Shown here one piece after another: positions 26,234-38,287 of a DNA stretch of 63,831 bases (its first letter is position 1; every line of letters starts with the position of its first letter). The DNA comes from Octopus bimaculoides (Eukaryota). Below the pieces are notes generated by a model. It was not told where the DNA came from. It ran no database searches and saw nothing but the letters and a program-made list of their open reading frames with translations. The stretch lies in NCBI RefSeq assembly GCF_001194135.2, contig NC_068985.1, positions 121,533,551-121,597,381 of the forward strand. Direction: 5' to 3'. The position numbers were made by a program, and so were the translations under genes.

Positions 26234-26234
<1 letters not shown>
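25971..26234 (+). mobile_element. Helitron 3' end (5' boundary uncertain)
   Basis: Decayed hairpin CACGAGCAACGCTGGGT then CTAG|T at 26231-26235, followed by (TA)n. Confidence 0.5.
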
Positions 26235-26270
<36 letters not shown>

Positions 26271-26529
26271 TGGGGGAATGTATGTAAAATGACAGACAGA
26301 CAGACATGTACTGCTATGTAACATAGGTCATATTTCGGCATATATATTCTTTTCAGCTCATGATTCGCTCCACTGCTATAACAAGTTTCTACATCTTGCT
26401 TATGTGCATTCATCCAGGCAACAAGTCAACTAAATGAATGTACACAAAATGAGAAACTTGAGTAATGATCAAGTTAATACTCAGCTTCAAATGAATGTGA
26501 GAGTGTGTGTAATGTGAGATATATTGCAT

Positions 26530-26603
26530 GCACACAAACAATATATATACATACAAATATACACATGCACACAACCATATATATATATATATATACACAC
26601 ACA

Positions 26604-26664
<61 letters not shown>

Positions 26665-26750
26665 TACAATATATATATATATACACACACACACACATAA
26701 ATGCACATATATGCACATACATATATACATACACACACACACACACACAT
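26530..26750. repeat. Compound (TA)/(CA) microsatellite
   Basis: Direct inspection; explains the spurious YIYI/CVCV ORFs. Confidence 0.95.
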
Positions 26751-27094
26751 AATCTATTTGATGTATGTAAACTTTCTTAATCATGTTTTGAAGCTTGTGT
26801 GGGATTTAACACTAAAGTTAATGAGACGGTTTCATCAGTCAGTTGATTATGAAGGTTTTACCAGATGCTGTAATATGAACTTAACCTCAGTTACACATAT
26901 CATATAAACTGTACTACATTTTGTACAGAACAGTGTGCTTAGAAATGAAATGTGCCTAAATAGTGTATATAGTGTATATATATGCTTGCTTGGCCTGAGG
27001 GAACTCTTGTCAAATTGCTAATCCCCTACTGTCTTCAGTAACTTTAGGGCTTTAAACCCTAAGAATTTCTACTGCAAGACTTTATATTTATATC

Positions 27095-27310
27095 AGTTTC
27101 AGATTTTGGCACAAGACCAACAACTTGTCAGGAAGAGGGAAGTTGATTATATCAACCCCAGTACTCAACTGGTATTTATTTAATTGACACTGAAAGAGAC
27201 GAAAAACAAAGTGAACCTAAGCAGAATTTGAACTCAGAATGTAAAGACTGATGAAATGTTGCTAAGTGCTTTGCCTGGTGTGTTAACGACTCAGCCAGCT
27301 CACCACTTTA
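27095..27310 (-). mobile_element. SINE family 2 copy
   Basis: TTTTGGCACAAG tail, CCCCAGTACTCAACTGGTA, GAATTTGAACTCAGAA, GCCAGCTCACC head complement. Confidence 0.75.
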
Positions 27311-27384
27311 CTTAACATTTATATCAATCGGATGCCTTGTCACATGTGTTGTACAATGTGTAATTAATAATTATAAACATTAGA

Positions 27385-27680
27385 GTAAATGTGGTGAGAG
27401 GATAAGAAACTTGGCTTTCCAACCATGAACCATGTGGTCCCACTGTGTGACATCTTGGGCAAATGTCTACTATAGCCCTGAGTCAATCAAAGCTTTGTGA
27501 GTATATTGGGCAGACAGAAACTGAAAGAAGCCCATCATGTATATGAACATATATGGGGCAGGAGACTTTATGTTTGTGCTGTGTTTGTCCTCCACCACTA
27601 CCTAACAACCGCTGTTGGTTTGTTTACATACCTATAACTTAGCTGCCGGCAAAATCCGGCCAATACCAGTTTTAAAGTAC
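27385..27680 (+). mobile_element. SINE family 1 copy, decayed
   Basis: CTTGGGCAAATGTCTACTATAGCCC...AACTGAAAGAAGCCC...CATAACTTAGC homology. Confidence 0.7.
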
Positions 27681-27798
27681 ATAGAGGAGCTGATTGACGA
27701 AATATTTGAAGGGATGAATGAATGACTGAATGAATGAGTGAGTGAATGAACGGAAGGATGGCTACGCAACATTAGTAACTTCAGAGTAAGAGCTAGAC

Positions 27799-28130
27799 CA
27801 AGGATTCACAACTATTTTTCACCAATAGACCCCCTTTGATTACTATTTTATTTTAGTAGACCTCCATAGCCATTCAATGTTTAAAAGCTAGTTTTATAGA
27901 TACTTCTTTCAAAATTTCTATTTTGTTTCTCACACATTAACTTGTTGTGTAGGTTTAGCTACGTAACTGGTAGAGAAAGAAACCCAGCTGTTTCTTGCAA
28001 TATATACCAATACATGCATTTAAAGCAAATTTTTTCAAGGACTCTTAAAATACTATTGTGGGTCCCCAATTTATTATTTTGTTTCATGGACCCCCAAAAA
28101 TTTTCTATGAACCCCGGTTGAGAACCACTC
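27799..28130. mobile_element. hAT-type MITE
   Basis: Perfect 8-bp TSD AGCTAGAC (27791-27798, 28131-28138); decayed CAGTGGTTCTCAAC-type TIRs. Confidence 0.85.
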
Positions 28131-28470
28131 AGCTAGACAGACCCACAGACACAAGGCTATCTGGAGAAGTACTAATTACTGCATATGACAAGAGGGAGGA
28201 ACAGACAAAAAGTAACAACATAACGGACAAGCTAGGAGCTTCTACAAGAGAATGTGCTGTGAACAACAGACTAAATCTGTGGCTGGTGCAAGGCTCCAGT
28301 ATGCAAAATGCCATGACGGTGGAATGGTATGGTAGCTTTGTCTTGGGCCTTAACTCTTAATGAGGTTGTAGGGATGCTGCCTTAATAAATAGCATTTCTC
28401 GGATACTTTTAGACCTGGCAAAACCCATCCCTATTCAGGTCTGATCACAGCAAATTTCTCCCAGAAAGAC

Positions 28471-28472
<2 letters not shown>

Positions 28473-28534
<62 letters not shown>

Positions 28535-28543
28535 AGAGAGAGG

Positions 28544-28585
<42 letters not shown>
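28473..28585. repeat. (GA)n microsatellite
   Basis: Direct inspection. Confidence 0.95.
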
Positions 28586-28586
<1 letters not shown>

Positions 28587-28740
28587 GAAGACAAGAGCCA
28601 ATACCATGTATAGAATTGATCAACTTATCTACCTTGAAGGGATAGACAATGAAAATTGACTTTATTGATATTTAAAGTTGGACTATAAAGAGATGGAGTG
28701 AATACTGCAAGTTAATCTATCTGATGCTCTAATCATCAAC

Positions 28741-29110
28741 ATTTACATTATTTACATTATTTACATTTGACGGATATTTGTCCTCATCTTGTTTGTTGTT
28801 AACACAACATTTCGGCTGATATACCTTCCAGCCTTCATCAGGTGTCTTGGGGAAATTTCGAACCTGGGTTCTCATTCCTAAGGTATTTTTTGATGTTGTT
28901 ATTATTATTATTATTATTATTCAGGTCACTGCCTGGAATCGAACTCGGAATCTTGGGGTTAGTTGCCCGTGCTCTTAACCACTATGCCATATACCCGTGG
29001 GTATATCAGCTAAAATGTTGTGTTAACAACAAACAAGATGAGGACAAATATCTGTCAAATATAAATAATGTAAATAATGTACATAATTCTTCATCTCTTA
29101 AATATAGAAC
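28741..29110 (-). mobile_element. tRNA-headed short element with hammerhead motif, plus inverted partial 3' copy (29000-29110)
   Basis: Minus strand: A box TGGCATAGTGG (28989-28979), B box GAGTTCGATTCC (28946-28935), (AAT)n linker, hammerhead 28846-28801, (AATGTAAAT)n end. The inverted arm matches 28745-28826. Confidence 0.8.
28801..28846 (-). ncRNA. Minimal type I hammerhead ribozyme motif
   Basis: GACAC-CUGAUGA-A-GGCUG(10-nt loop)CAGCC-GAAA-U-GUU^GUGUU; stem I GACAC/GUGUU; loopless helix III (consensus AACGUU palindrome). Confidence 0.7.
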
Positions 29111-29454
29111 TGGATTATCATTTAATGTCTACTTTTCCCTGCTTGTATGAGTCAGGCAGAATTTATTTGCAGTAGATTTTCTATAACCAGATGCCCTTCT
29201 TGTTGCCAACCCTCATCTATTTCCAAGCAAAGTAATATTCCCCTATGGGCAGACATTTTCTCACAGAATAATGGAAATGAACAACCCTGCTTGTATGACA
29301 ATGATGATCATTTACAACTAACACATAATGTTAAGGCAAAGAGACACAAACACACAAAACAAATACATACATACATTTGGGATACTTGATGATCATTTAC
29401 AACTATCACACAATATTAAGACAAGAATACACACACACACACACACACACACAT

Positions 29455-32010
29455 ACATTTGGAATGTTTGACTTGTCTGTAGAGGGAATCCACTCCAAAA
29501 ATGTTAAGATCCACAAGACACCAACATCAACAGGAAATCTCCACAGAAATAGTGATATCAACAGGCGCTACCTAGTAGGAGATGAAGGAGACAGAGGCTT
29601 AAGTTCAGTGCAGACAGCTTCAAGTGTTGTATTGTCTCACAGACAGCACTTCTTAAACAGCAGCAGCAAAAATAAATACATTAACTTAATAATAAATGAA
29701 GAAAACAATATCCTACGTGTCAGCAGCTAGTTCCTCAGGAAGCGTTCTCTTCCTGATGACTAACATACCTGGAAGAAGACCTGGATGTGAAATACTCAGC
29801 CTATCACAAAAAGACTATGCATGAAGACTTGAAGAAGAGAGTAATATCAACATGAAGTGCAGCCTTTCACTATATTGCATCACACTTTTGAAGGCTAAGC
29901 ATTTGCAATCCAAGAGAGTAGGAGATTGCCACAAAATACCTAATAAACAAAAGAGACAGTGAAGCCTTTGGAACTCAAAAATGCAACTGAAAATGTAGAT
30001 TTCTGTAAAAACCCACGTAATTTACGCATTTTTTTTTTTTTTTTGTTTTTGCAAAAATAAAAATAAACTTTAGTGGGTGTATAAATTACATGAGTAGATC
30101 ATTTTCAGAATCTTTTTTGAATTTTTTTTTCTTGAAAAAAGATGTACAAAACAAACATCCATACTAGAAGTTGACTCATTTAATGAAGGAATAGGTTTTT
30201 ACAGAAAAAATAATGGCTTAAATATAATGAAGTTGACTTTTACGGTATAATGCTTACTTTTTCTCTATAAATTTACTAAAACCAGTAAATGGTTAACTAC
30301 CTTTTGAAGTCTAACGGTCATGCTGGTAAACACGGTCCAGGCCATATTTTACATTGTTTGGAGTTTCTACCTATCACAATGGAGCACCATTGACATACAT
30401 AGTCATATGGATATTCCTGACTGAAAAAATGTAATGATATGGATAATCTTGAATCTTGATTGTATGTTTTTATTTTTGTCTGTTTATTACTAGGTACAGT
30501 TTTAAATTTATCCTACTGTTTATGCCAATTTGAATGTTGGCTTCATTAACATTAAAATGCCTTCTGCCAGCTCTATTGCCACGTTCCAATGCATATTCAA
30601 CATATTTAATTTCTTCTTCGCAGTAAACAATTCATAAGTTCTGCCCATGCTGACAATAACAGTAATGACAAATTTTTAAGTTTGCTTGACATTATAAGAG
30701 TGAAAGGGATTCAAATTTTGATACTCTGTATCATAGGTTCTGTCAAGAATAGGAGGGAAATAATTCTGTTTACATAATCGGTTTGATTGGTCACCTTCCT
30801 CTGTCGCTTGAGTAAAGTGTCATCCAAGCTGATGTTTGTTGGTAATTAAACTTAATTTGTACCACCTGTGCATATTTATCAGCTCTGTTTTTGTTGGTAA
30901 TTCGTATCAACAACTTTTCCTGTGATTGTGGTTTGAGAAGACATACAGCAGTATGCTAAAGATTAGACATAATCTCTTGTGGGCAAGAAATGTAAAGTAA
31001 AGTTTATTATAAACAACACAAACACTTTGTAATTTAAAAGCTTTCAATGTGATACTTGTTTAAACAGGAATTATTTTTGTTTAATGAAAATTTAATAAAA
31101 TCTAATCATAAATGAAATTATGCTAAATACAACTAAATTGAACACTTTTTTTCCCCTGGCTATATCAGCAATTTTGAAAACTTTTGGGTGCAAATTTTAC
31201 ATGAGTAGAAGCTCTTTTTAGCAAATTTTATCCTGAAAATCACCTGCGTAAATTACACATGTTTGCAAATTATATGAGTTTTTATGGTATGCCATATTTC
31301 TGTGAAAGACATCACATATGATTAGCAGCTGCCCCAAAATGTCAAAAAGGTACTACCTCCCTATGCAACATGACATTATCATGAAAACATTATACAATGC
31401 CATTCAGAAAAAAGACTGGCCTGGAATAAATATAGAGAATCCTTTAGTTATTAAATACATACTCAAACATCAACACAAGGAATACTGGTGGAATATTCCC
31501 AACAGGCCAGATATTGTTGTTTGGGACAGACAAGAAAATGTATGTATTGTCATAGATGTCAGCTGTCCTGTTGATGTGAATAGCTATTTGAAAATCAAAG
31601 AGAAAGAGGATAACTATGGACAACTGTTTTGAAACCTCCAGCTTATATATACAGATTATAAATTCACTTTTTTACTAATAACAATTGGTGCATTTGGTTT
31701 TGTGAGTACATACCTGACAATCTGGATAAGCTAGGTTTATATCTAGGATAATAAAAATCTGCAAGACCTTCTTAAGATTTAAAGGATGACAAAACACAAT
31801 GCTTTCCTCCACATCCTTGCTACCAAGCAGGTGACCAGTCAAAATTAACTCCAAATTTAAAACAAAGAGAGAAAGAGAAAACACACACACACATACACAC
31901 ACATGCTCATATATATTCTCTGTAACTTACTGTAAAAAAATGTTTCCTGATGACCTGTTCAGGCTAAGCATCCAAATGCATTTGGAACATCCAACACATA
32001 TAAACTTTAT
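29455..32010 (+). mobile_element. R4/Dong-clade LINE remnant (RT thumb, CCHC knuckle, restriction-like endonuclease), split by a DNA transposon
   Basis: GNLHRNSDINRRYL.GDEGDRGL (29530-29600); HFEG.AFAIQE.EIATKYLINKR (29880-29960); KCR|LCHISVKDIT..ISSC across the insertion; NRPDIVV.D...C.VIDVSCP.D...KEKEDNY (31500-31620). Many stops and frameshifts. Confidence 0.8.
30003..31287 (-). mobile_element. pogo-like (Tc1/mariner superfamily) DNA transposon remnant
   Basis: Decayed ~29-bp TIRs (about 19/29 match by eye); TA target (TT left, TA at 31288-31289). Minus-strand YVEYALERGNRAGRRHFNVNEANI at ~30530-30640 resembles the Brinker-type DBD of pogo transposases. Confidence 0.7.
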
Positions 32011-32665
32011 CAACTGCACATACTCAGTGTATGTGTTTGGTTTGTTCACTGGTTCACTACCATAGCACTTGAGGTGACAACTCCCTCATAATGCTGGGTG
32101 TTAAACCAACTGAAAGTCACAGACAGGCAAGACAACTTACCTCTGATTGAATGGTGGAGTGCAAATAATCTGAGAGATAAAAGAGAAATCGATACAACAT
32201 TATGATACCTATAAAGAGTATCAGTTGCTACTTCTATTTATTCGCTTAACTAACAACTTTCATTGTAGCTGTCTTTCACCTCTCTCTTCTACTAATTTCT
32301 CACCTATTTGCATGGGAAAGAGAGGAATGAATACTCAAATACAGTACAAGAAAGAAGAGGGATATCTTTAATGTTACTAGGGACAAAGCAATCTCTCTCA
32401 CGTCAATGAATGAATGATGTAGAGAAGACTTGTTAGTTGTGTCTGCAACAAGACAACCATTCAAATGTTAGTGCCGTGTTAAAATGCACCCGGTACACTC
32501 TATAATGTGGCTGGTGATAGGCAGGGCATTCAACATGCGAAAAATTAATTGTACATGCAAGACATAATCTTGCATATACATCTAAGAGGACAATAAGCTC
32601 AAATAAGGGACTTAAATAGTGGTAACATATCCAATCCATGCTAATACAGTAAAACAAATGTAAAG

Positions 32666-32890
32666 TCATCATCATCATCAATTAACATTCATTTTTCATG
32701 CTCGCATGTGTTGAATGGTTTTACAGGAACTGGCATACCAGAGCAGTACACCAAGCTCCATTGTCTGCTTTGGCATGGTTTCTACAGCTGGATGCTCTTC
32801 CTAATGCCAGCCATTTTACAGTGTATTGGCTGTTTTTCACATGGTACCAGCATTGATGCTTTTAATGTGGCACCAGTACCAGCTGGTTTG
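32666..32890 (-). mobile_element. RTE-type 3' tail copy
   Basis: (CAT)n...TTTCTACAGCTGGATGCTCTTCCTAATGCCAGCCA homology. Confidence 0.75.
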
Positions 32891-33285
32891 CACCAGTACC
32901 AGCTGGGAAAGGGAGTGGTACTGAGGGAGAAGTTAAAGTATAATAGAGAGCTAGAGACAGGTATGCATGTGAGGGAGAGTGAAGGGGCATGCAGCAGGTG
33001 GTGGTCATGGGTGGGGGAAAGGGAGTGTTGGGAAGATGGATTGTGCGGTGACAAACTGCATTAATATTCACCCTGAGTATGAATTTTACCACAGACAGTC
33101 AATGTACTACTGCTACCTTTTGCCAGCTGAACTTCAACACTTTCCAGCCATCTTTAAATTAACTGAATCAAAATACCACTAAAGTCAAATTTGCTTTGCA
33201 GAAGTTGATAAAAAAAAAATACCAATTTGGGACTGTAGATTGGTGGAACTGTGAGGAAATTAAATTGGATACCTTGTGGTATTTG

Positions 33286-33606
33286 CATTATTTACATTCA
33301 ACGGATATTTGTCCTCATCTTGTTTGTTGTTAACACGTTTTGGCTGATATACCTTCCAGCCTTCTTCAGGTGTCTTGGGGAAATTCTGAACCTGGGTTCT
33401 CATTCCTAAGGTATTTTTCAATGTTATTATTTATTATTATTATTATTATTATTATTGTTCAGGTCATTTCCCTAAGATACCTGATGAAGGCTGGAGGGTA
33501 TATCAGCCGAAACATTATGTTAACAACAAACAAGATGAGGACAAATATCCGTCAATTGTAAATAATGTAAATAATGCACATAATTCCTCATCTCTTAAAT
33601 ATAGAA
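33286..33606. mobile_element. Second copy of the hammerhead-bearing element: two head-to-head arms with a 13-bp TSD
   Basis: TSD CTTGTGGTATTTG at 33273-33285 and 33607-33619. Minus arm 33286-33466, plus arm 33466-33606 with hammerhead motif at 33476-33521. Confidence 0.85.
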
Positions 33607-33813
33607 CTTGTGGTATTTGTTCCAGCTTATTGCATTCTGAGTTCAAATCCTACTTTGACCTACTTAGTCTGTTGCCTGGTTCAACACCTTCCACCTAGGA
33701 TCATGGCTATCTTTGGCATAAGCTACTCTATTGCAAGTATTCTGACGAGGTCACTGGTTTGAGAATACTGTTTTCCCTCTCTCCCTCCCACCAGTCTTGG
33801 AGACCTTGTAAAG

Positions 33814-34047
33814 CAGTGGTTCACAACTGGGGTCCATATAAGATTTTGTTGTTAAAATTTATCTGCAATAAATGGGTTATATATCAACAAAACACAAAAT
33901 AATTTAACAATTTTTTAGATACATTTCCTAATAATATTTAATCATAAAAATATACGACCTTTTAAACATCGAAAGGCTAGGAAGGTACATCTGAGTAAAA
34001 TAGAAATCAAAGGGTTCCATAGGTTAAAAAATGGTTAAGAAACACTG
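33814..34047. mobile_element. hAT-type MITE
   Basis: CAGTGGTTCACAAC ... GTTAAGAAACACTG ends; TSD TTGTAAAG/CTGTAAAG (7/8). Confidence 0.8.
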
Positions 34048-34617
34048 CTGTAAAGGGTTAAGGGTTCTGCCATCCCTTCTGACTAAAACATAATAGAAAC
34101 ACCAATAAAATTATTTACATTTTTTCCATACCTGCACAAGTTTGTTTGTTGCATATTTTGACTAACAACTCCATACAATCATTTTCACTATTCCATTCAT
34201 TCCCCCACACCCACACAGATTAAACTTTGTCACCTGTGCCTAATGACCTTTACGCACACATTCATACAATTACAATCACAAACCAGACACATATAGCGAA
34301 CATTGTCCTGGCAATACAAACAGTAAAGTTCTTTCTTCTTTTTTTTCTTTTGTACATTACCTACACCCATTTGTAATGTTTACCTCTCACTTTTTATATT
34401 TTCAGTGCTTTCTGAAACCCGCCCACTTGAAAATTTCTGTCTGCTCAGAAGGGTCAATCTCAAGGCATATGATTCCTTTCCTCATGGCATACAAACTTAT
34501 CCAAACTGATGACCTTCACTATATATAATTCTGTCATGTAAAGAGTACCATCAGTTTACTGTGACTCAGAAATTTTTCTTTACACACACACTCCATATAT
34601 ATATATATATATACACA

Positions 34618-35601
34618 CAGGGTGCATAAGATATTTGAGGACATACATTTTTGGGGGGTCATTGCTGCATTTTTTGCTAACTCTGTATAACTTTTGTTTC
34701 AGAAAATATTAATGGCAGACCCTCAGCTTACTCAAGAAATGAAGAGGCTAGCTGTTATTGTGGTTTTAAAAGCTGAGAATAGTGATTTAGAAATATCTTG
34801 GTTTTTAAAAGTTGCCAGATCTTTTGTCTACAAAGTTTGTAAGGAGCTAGAGACTGACGATGGATATATATCACCAGTATCAAAGCATAAAAAGCATTCT
34901 AAACATTCTGAAATCATCAGAACACCTGGATTTATCCAGCAACTTCAACAGACCATTGATTACAATCCCAGAAAGTCCATGAGGTCAATTGCAAAAGATT
35001 TCCATGTGTCAGAAGGAACAGTCAGAAATGTTGCCCATGAAAACATCAAATANNNNNNNNNNNNNNNNNNNNNNNNNNNNNNNNNNNNNNNNNNNNNNNN
35101 NNNNNNNNNNNNNNNNNNNNNNNNNNNNNNNNNNNNNNNNNNNNNNNNNNNNNNNNNNNNNNNNNNNNNNNNNNNNNNNNNNNNNNNNNNNNNNNNNNNN
35201 NNNNNNNNNNNNNNNNNNNNNNNNNNNNNNNNNNNGCTTTGACCAAGATCAGAAAGCTAATAGAAGAATTGACTGATGGTTATGTAGTGTCCCTTCTGAA
35301 GTTCCAAATGTTATGCATACAAAATTTCCTGCAACTGTCCTAGTTTTAGGGGTTGTCAGCAATGAAGGACATGTGATGCCTCCTTACTTCTTTCTACAAG
35401 GCCTTAGAGTTAACTTTGCCACCTACATTGAAGTCCTGGAAATAATTGTTAAGCCCTGGATAGACAGTGTATGCAATGGAAGGCCATATGTGTTTCAATA
35501 AGACTCTGCACTATCACACATGGCTCTAGTAACACAGGAATGGATGGCTGAAAATTTTCATGATCACATAACCCCTAACATTTGGCCTCCTAATTCCCCA
35601 G
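34618..35601 (+). mobile_element. DD37D (maT-type) Tc1/mariner transposon, copy 1; 3'-truncated, defective, contains a gap
   Basis: Left TIR CAGGGTGCATAAGATATTTGAGGACA; HTH region ...NPRKSMRSIAKDFHVSEGTVRN; VLGVVSNEGHVMPP...YVFQ*DSA...WPPNSP. Confidence 0.9.
35053..35235. other. Assembly gap (others: 38331-38952, 41681-42188, 43486-43495, 46291-46825, 58763-58996)
   Basis: Runs of N. Confidence 1.
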
Positions 35602-36250
35602 CATACCTGGAAACCAGTTTGCAGACCTCACCTGTGAAATGGAAGTAGTCAAGATTAAGTACTAGTTCAGCTATCCAGAGAAGGGATAGAGAATGGTGTG
35701 CAGATTAAGGAAGTACTAGAGAGTCAGGTGACCATTGCTGTGGGGAATAATAGTGCAGAGGGATTTAGTGTTCATAGTGAAGTGGAGGTAGGAAGAACCA
35801 AAATGGAAGGAAAAAAATTGAATAGTCAAAGGGCAAGGTTGGTGTAATGGATGTGAAACATGAAGGAAACATCTAAACATGAAAAGATGAGGTTGAAGTA
35901 CTAAGATATCAATTCAGACAAGCAGTTAGGGAGAGAGAGCATAGGAAGTAAGGGCTGTCAGGTTTATGAATTTTGAGGAGGAAACATGCCAGAGGTGCAT
36001 AGTGTTTGGATAGTGAGGGTGGTGGTAGTGGGAAGAGGTGGAGTTGAGTTCAGGAATGGTGGATAAGGTGTTGCGGGGCAGGAGGCAGTAGAAGGAATCT
36101 TGCAAAGCTGTTGAAGCACCTATACTCTGTAGAAGTTAACACACCATACCACCACAGCTCCACCCTTGTCAGAGAGTTTTATAACAATGTCCTGGCATCG
36201 GAAGTTATAAAGATCTGAAATTTTGGACCAAGTGATGTTGGAACATTGAA
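35602..36250 (-). mobile_element. Penelope-like element reverse transcriptase remnant, heavily decayed
   Basis: Minus-strand fragments DIVIKLSDKGGAVVW, FLLKIHKPDSP and FTMNTKSLCTIIPH correspond to PLE RT motifs IKPADKGGAVVV, YLLPKIHK and FTMDVKSLYT.IP. Confidence 0.65.
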
Positions 36251-36469
36251 AGCACATGGAAGATAAATCAGTTTACACTAGTGTTGCATATAGTAACAGG
36301 CTGCTGAACTGGCATGGCAGCGGCAACCAGTCAGATGAACAGTGACCCAGGTCCAAAAAGCAATACTTATTGCAGAATTTTGCAAAAAAAAATCACAGAG
36401 ACTGCTCAACATTGATAAAACGCATTCACACACATACTACTCTCTCACTCTCTTGGCCATGTACCTCCT

Positions 36470-36885
36470 CTATAGCAAGACATCTGTTTCTGCCTCTCTG
36501 TCACACTCCAATCTTTCATCATCTGACACAAGATCACCTCCTCCAAAGCCTCTTTCCCTCTTAAAATATCTTGTCTTGCAAGTTACTTGGTGACACTGCT
36601 GGTGCTGGTGCCACATAAAAAGTATCCAGTCCACACTGAAGTGGTTGGCATTTGGAAGGACATCTATTTGTAAAAACCATGCTAAAACTGACCTTGCCCG
36701 TGCTGGTGCCACGTAAAAAGCACTCAGTCCACTCTACAGTGTGGTCGGTGTTAGGAAGGGCATCCAGCCATAAAACGCATGCCAAAACAGACACAGTAGT
36801 TTGGTGTAGTCTTCTATTTGGCAGGCTTCTGTCAAACACTCCAACCCATGCCAGCATGGAAGACAGACGTTAAATGGTGATGATA
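36470..36885 (+). mobile_element. Non-autonomous repeat with duplicated RTE-tail module
   Basis: Two GTGCTGGTGCCAC(A/G)TAAAAAG...GTGGT(T/C)GG modules (36600, 36700); ends GACGTTAAATGGTGATGAT. Confidence 0.75.
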
Positions 36886-37399
36886 ATAGCATAAACACAA
36901 ATGCAAATACATGATATGTATGTGCGTTTTCGGTCACAGCCCACTGACCAAAGCCTTGCAAGCAGATCTGGTCAACAGAAATTGAAAGAAGCCTGTCATA
37001 CATATGCATGTGTGTCTTATATGAATGTGTACATATTTCACCTTGTCATCACATGTTGCTGATTGTAAACAATAACCTCACAAATAAACAATATCGTTTG
37101 TTTTGCAGTCCACCACAAAAACATGCCCAGGTTTCTAGACACTGTGCAATCATTGTGCATCATAAGACTCATTCAATTGCTGTTGCTTGTTTCCAGTTCT
37201 CTGTATAACCAGATCTGGGCTGTTTCTTGTTTAATAGACAGGAGATCATTATTTTGCTAGGAAGCAGGTGAGACTGGCATCATGAAGGGCCACTAGCCAT
37301 AGAAAATTTGACCCCAATTACACTCTCATCTGACCCATGCAAGCATGGAAAAGTAGACATGAAATGATGATGATGATATATACATATACTACATTACCT

Positions 37400-37760
37400 T
37401 CTACTTGTTTTAGTCATTGGACTGTGGCCATACTGGAGCACCACTTTGAAGGGTTTAGTCAAACGAATTGACACAAGACTTTTTTTAAAGTTTTGCACTT
37501 ATTCTATTAGTCTCTTTTGTTGAACTGCCAAGTTAAGGGAACAAACAAACCAACACTAGTTATCAAGTGTGCACACACACACACACACAAATTTATATAT
37601 AAACAATGGGCTTCTTTCTGTTTCCATCTACCAAATCCACTCACAAGGCTATGGTCTGCTCAAGGCTATAGTAAAAGATATTTGCCCAAGGTATCACACT
37701 GTGAGACTGAACCTAAAACCATGTGGTTGGAAGTAAACTTCTTACCCAACAGTGATGCTT
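37400..37760 (-). mobile_element. SINE family 1, near full length
   Basis: Reverse-complement homology to 44924-45344. Confidence 0.75.
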
Positions 37761-37890
37761 GTGCAGACAGACAGATATAATACATATATACACATGCATT
37801 ATATACATACATACACATACATGCATGCATATATCCATACAAACATATTAGAGAAAATGATAGCCTTCTATAGTTCTAAATATAGTTTAA

Positions 37891-38236
37891 CCCTTTCGTT
37901 ACTGTATTTATTTTGAGATGCTCTGTGTTTCTTTCAATTACTTTAAATATAACAAAGAATTTAGTAAAATAACTTAGTTATCATTCAGCTAGTGTTAGGA
38001 ACATAAATTGCGACTAAGGTTTGGAGGAAGATTTTAATTCAAAACTTATGAAAACATGACCGATCGAATAAGTACCAGGCTTCCAAAGAATAAGTCCTGG
38101 GGTTGATTTGCTCGACTAAAGACGGTGCTCCAGTATGGCCACACTCAAATGACTGAAACAAGTAAGAGAGTAAAAGAGAGTAAGACATTTGTACTCAGAA
38201 CCAGAGCCAGTTTCAGTCGAGTCGGTAACAAAAGGG
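37891..38236. mobile_element. piggyBac-type MITE with a nested SINE family 1 tail (~38060-38182)
   Basis: TTAA flanks at 37887-37890 and 38237-38240; TIR CCCTTTCGTTAC / GTAACAAAAGGG. Confidence 0.85.
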
Positions 38237-38287
38237 TTAACAGTGAGAAGTAAAAAAAAAAAGAAGTGCTTTGATAGTATTGGCTAT

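Noticed and set aside
28921-29001. Functional tRNA gene
   Set aside because: A and B boxes present but no convincing cloverleaf or acceptor stem; embedded in a repeat, so treated as a SINE head.
29752-29800. CTGATGA...GAAA at 29.75 kb (also CTGATGA at 31948 and 48659)
   Set aside because: No stem I/II/III pairing; the 29.75-kb site lies within decayed LINE coding sequence.
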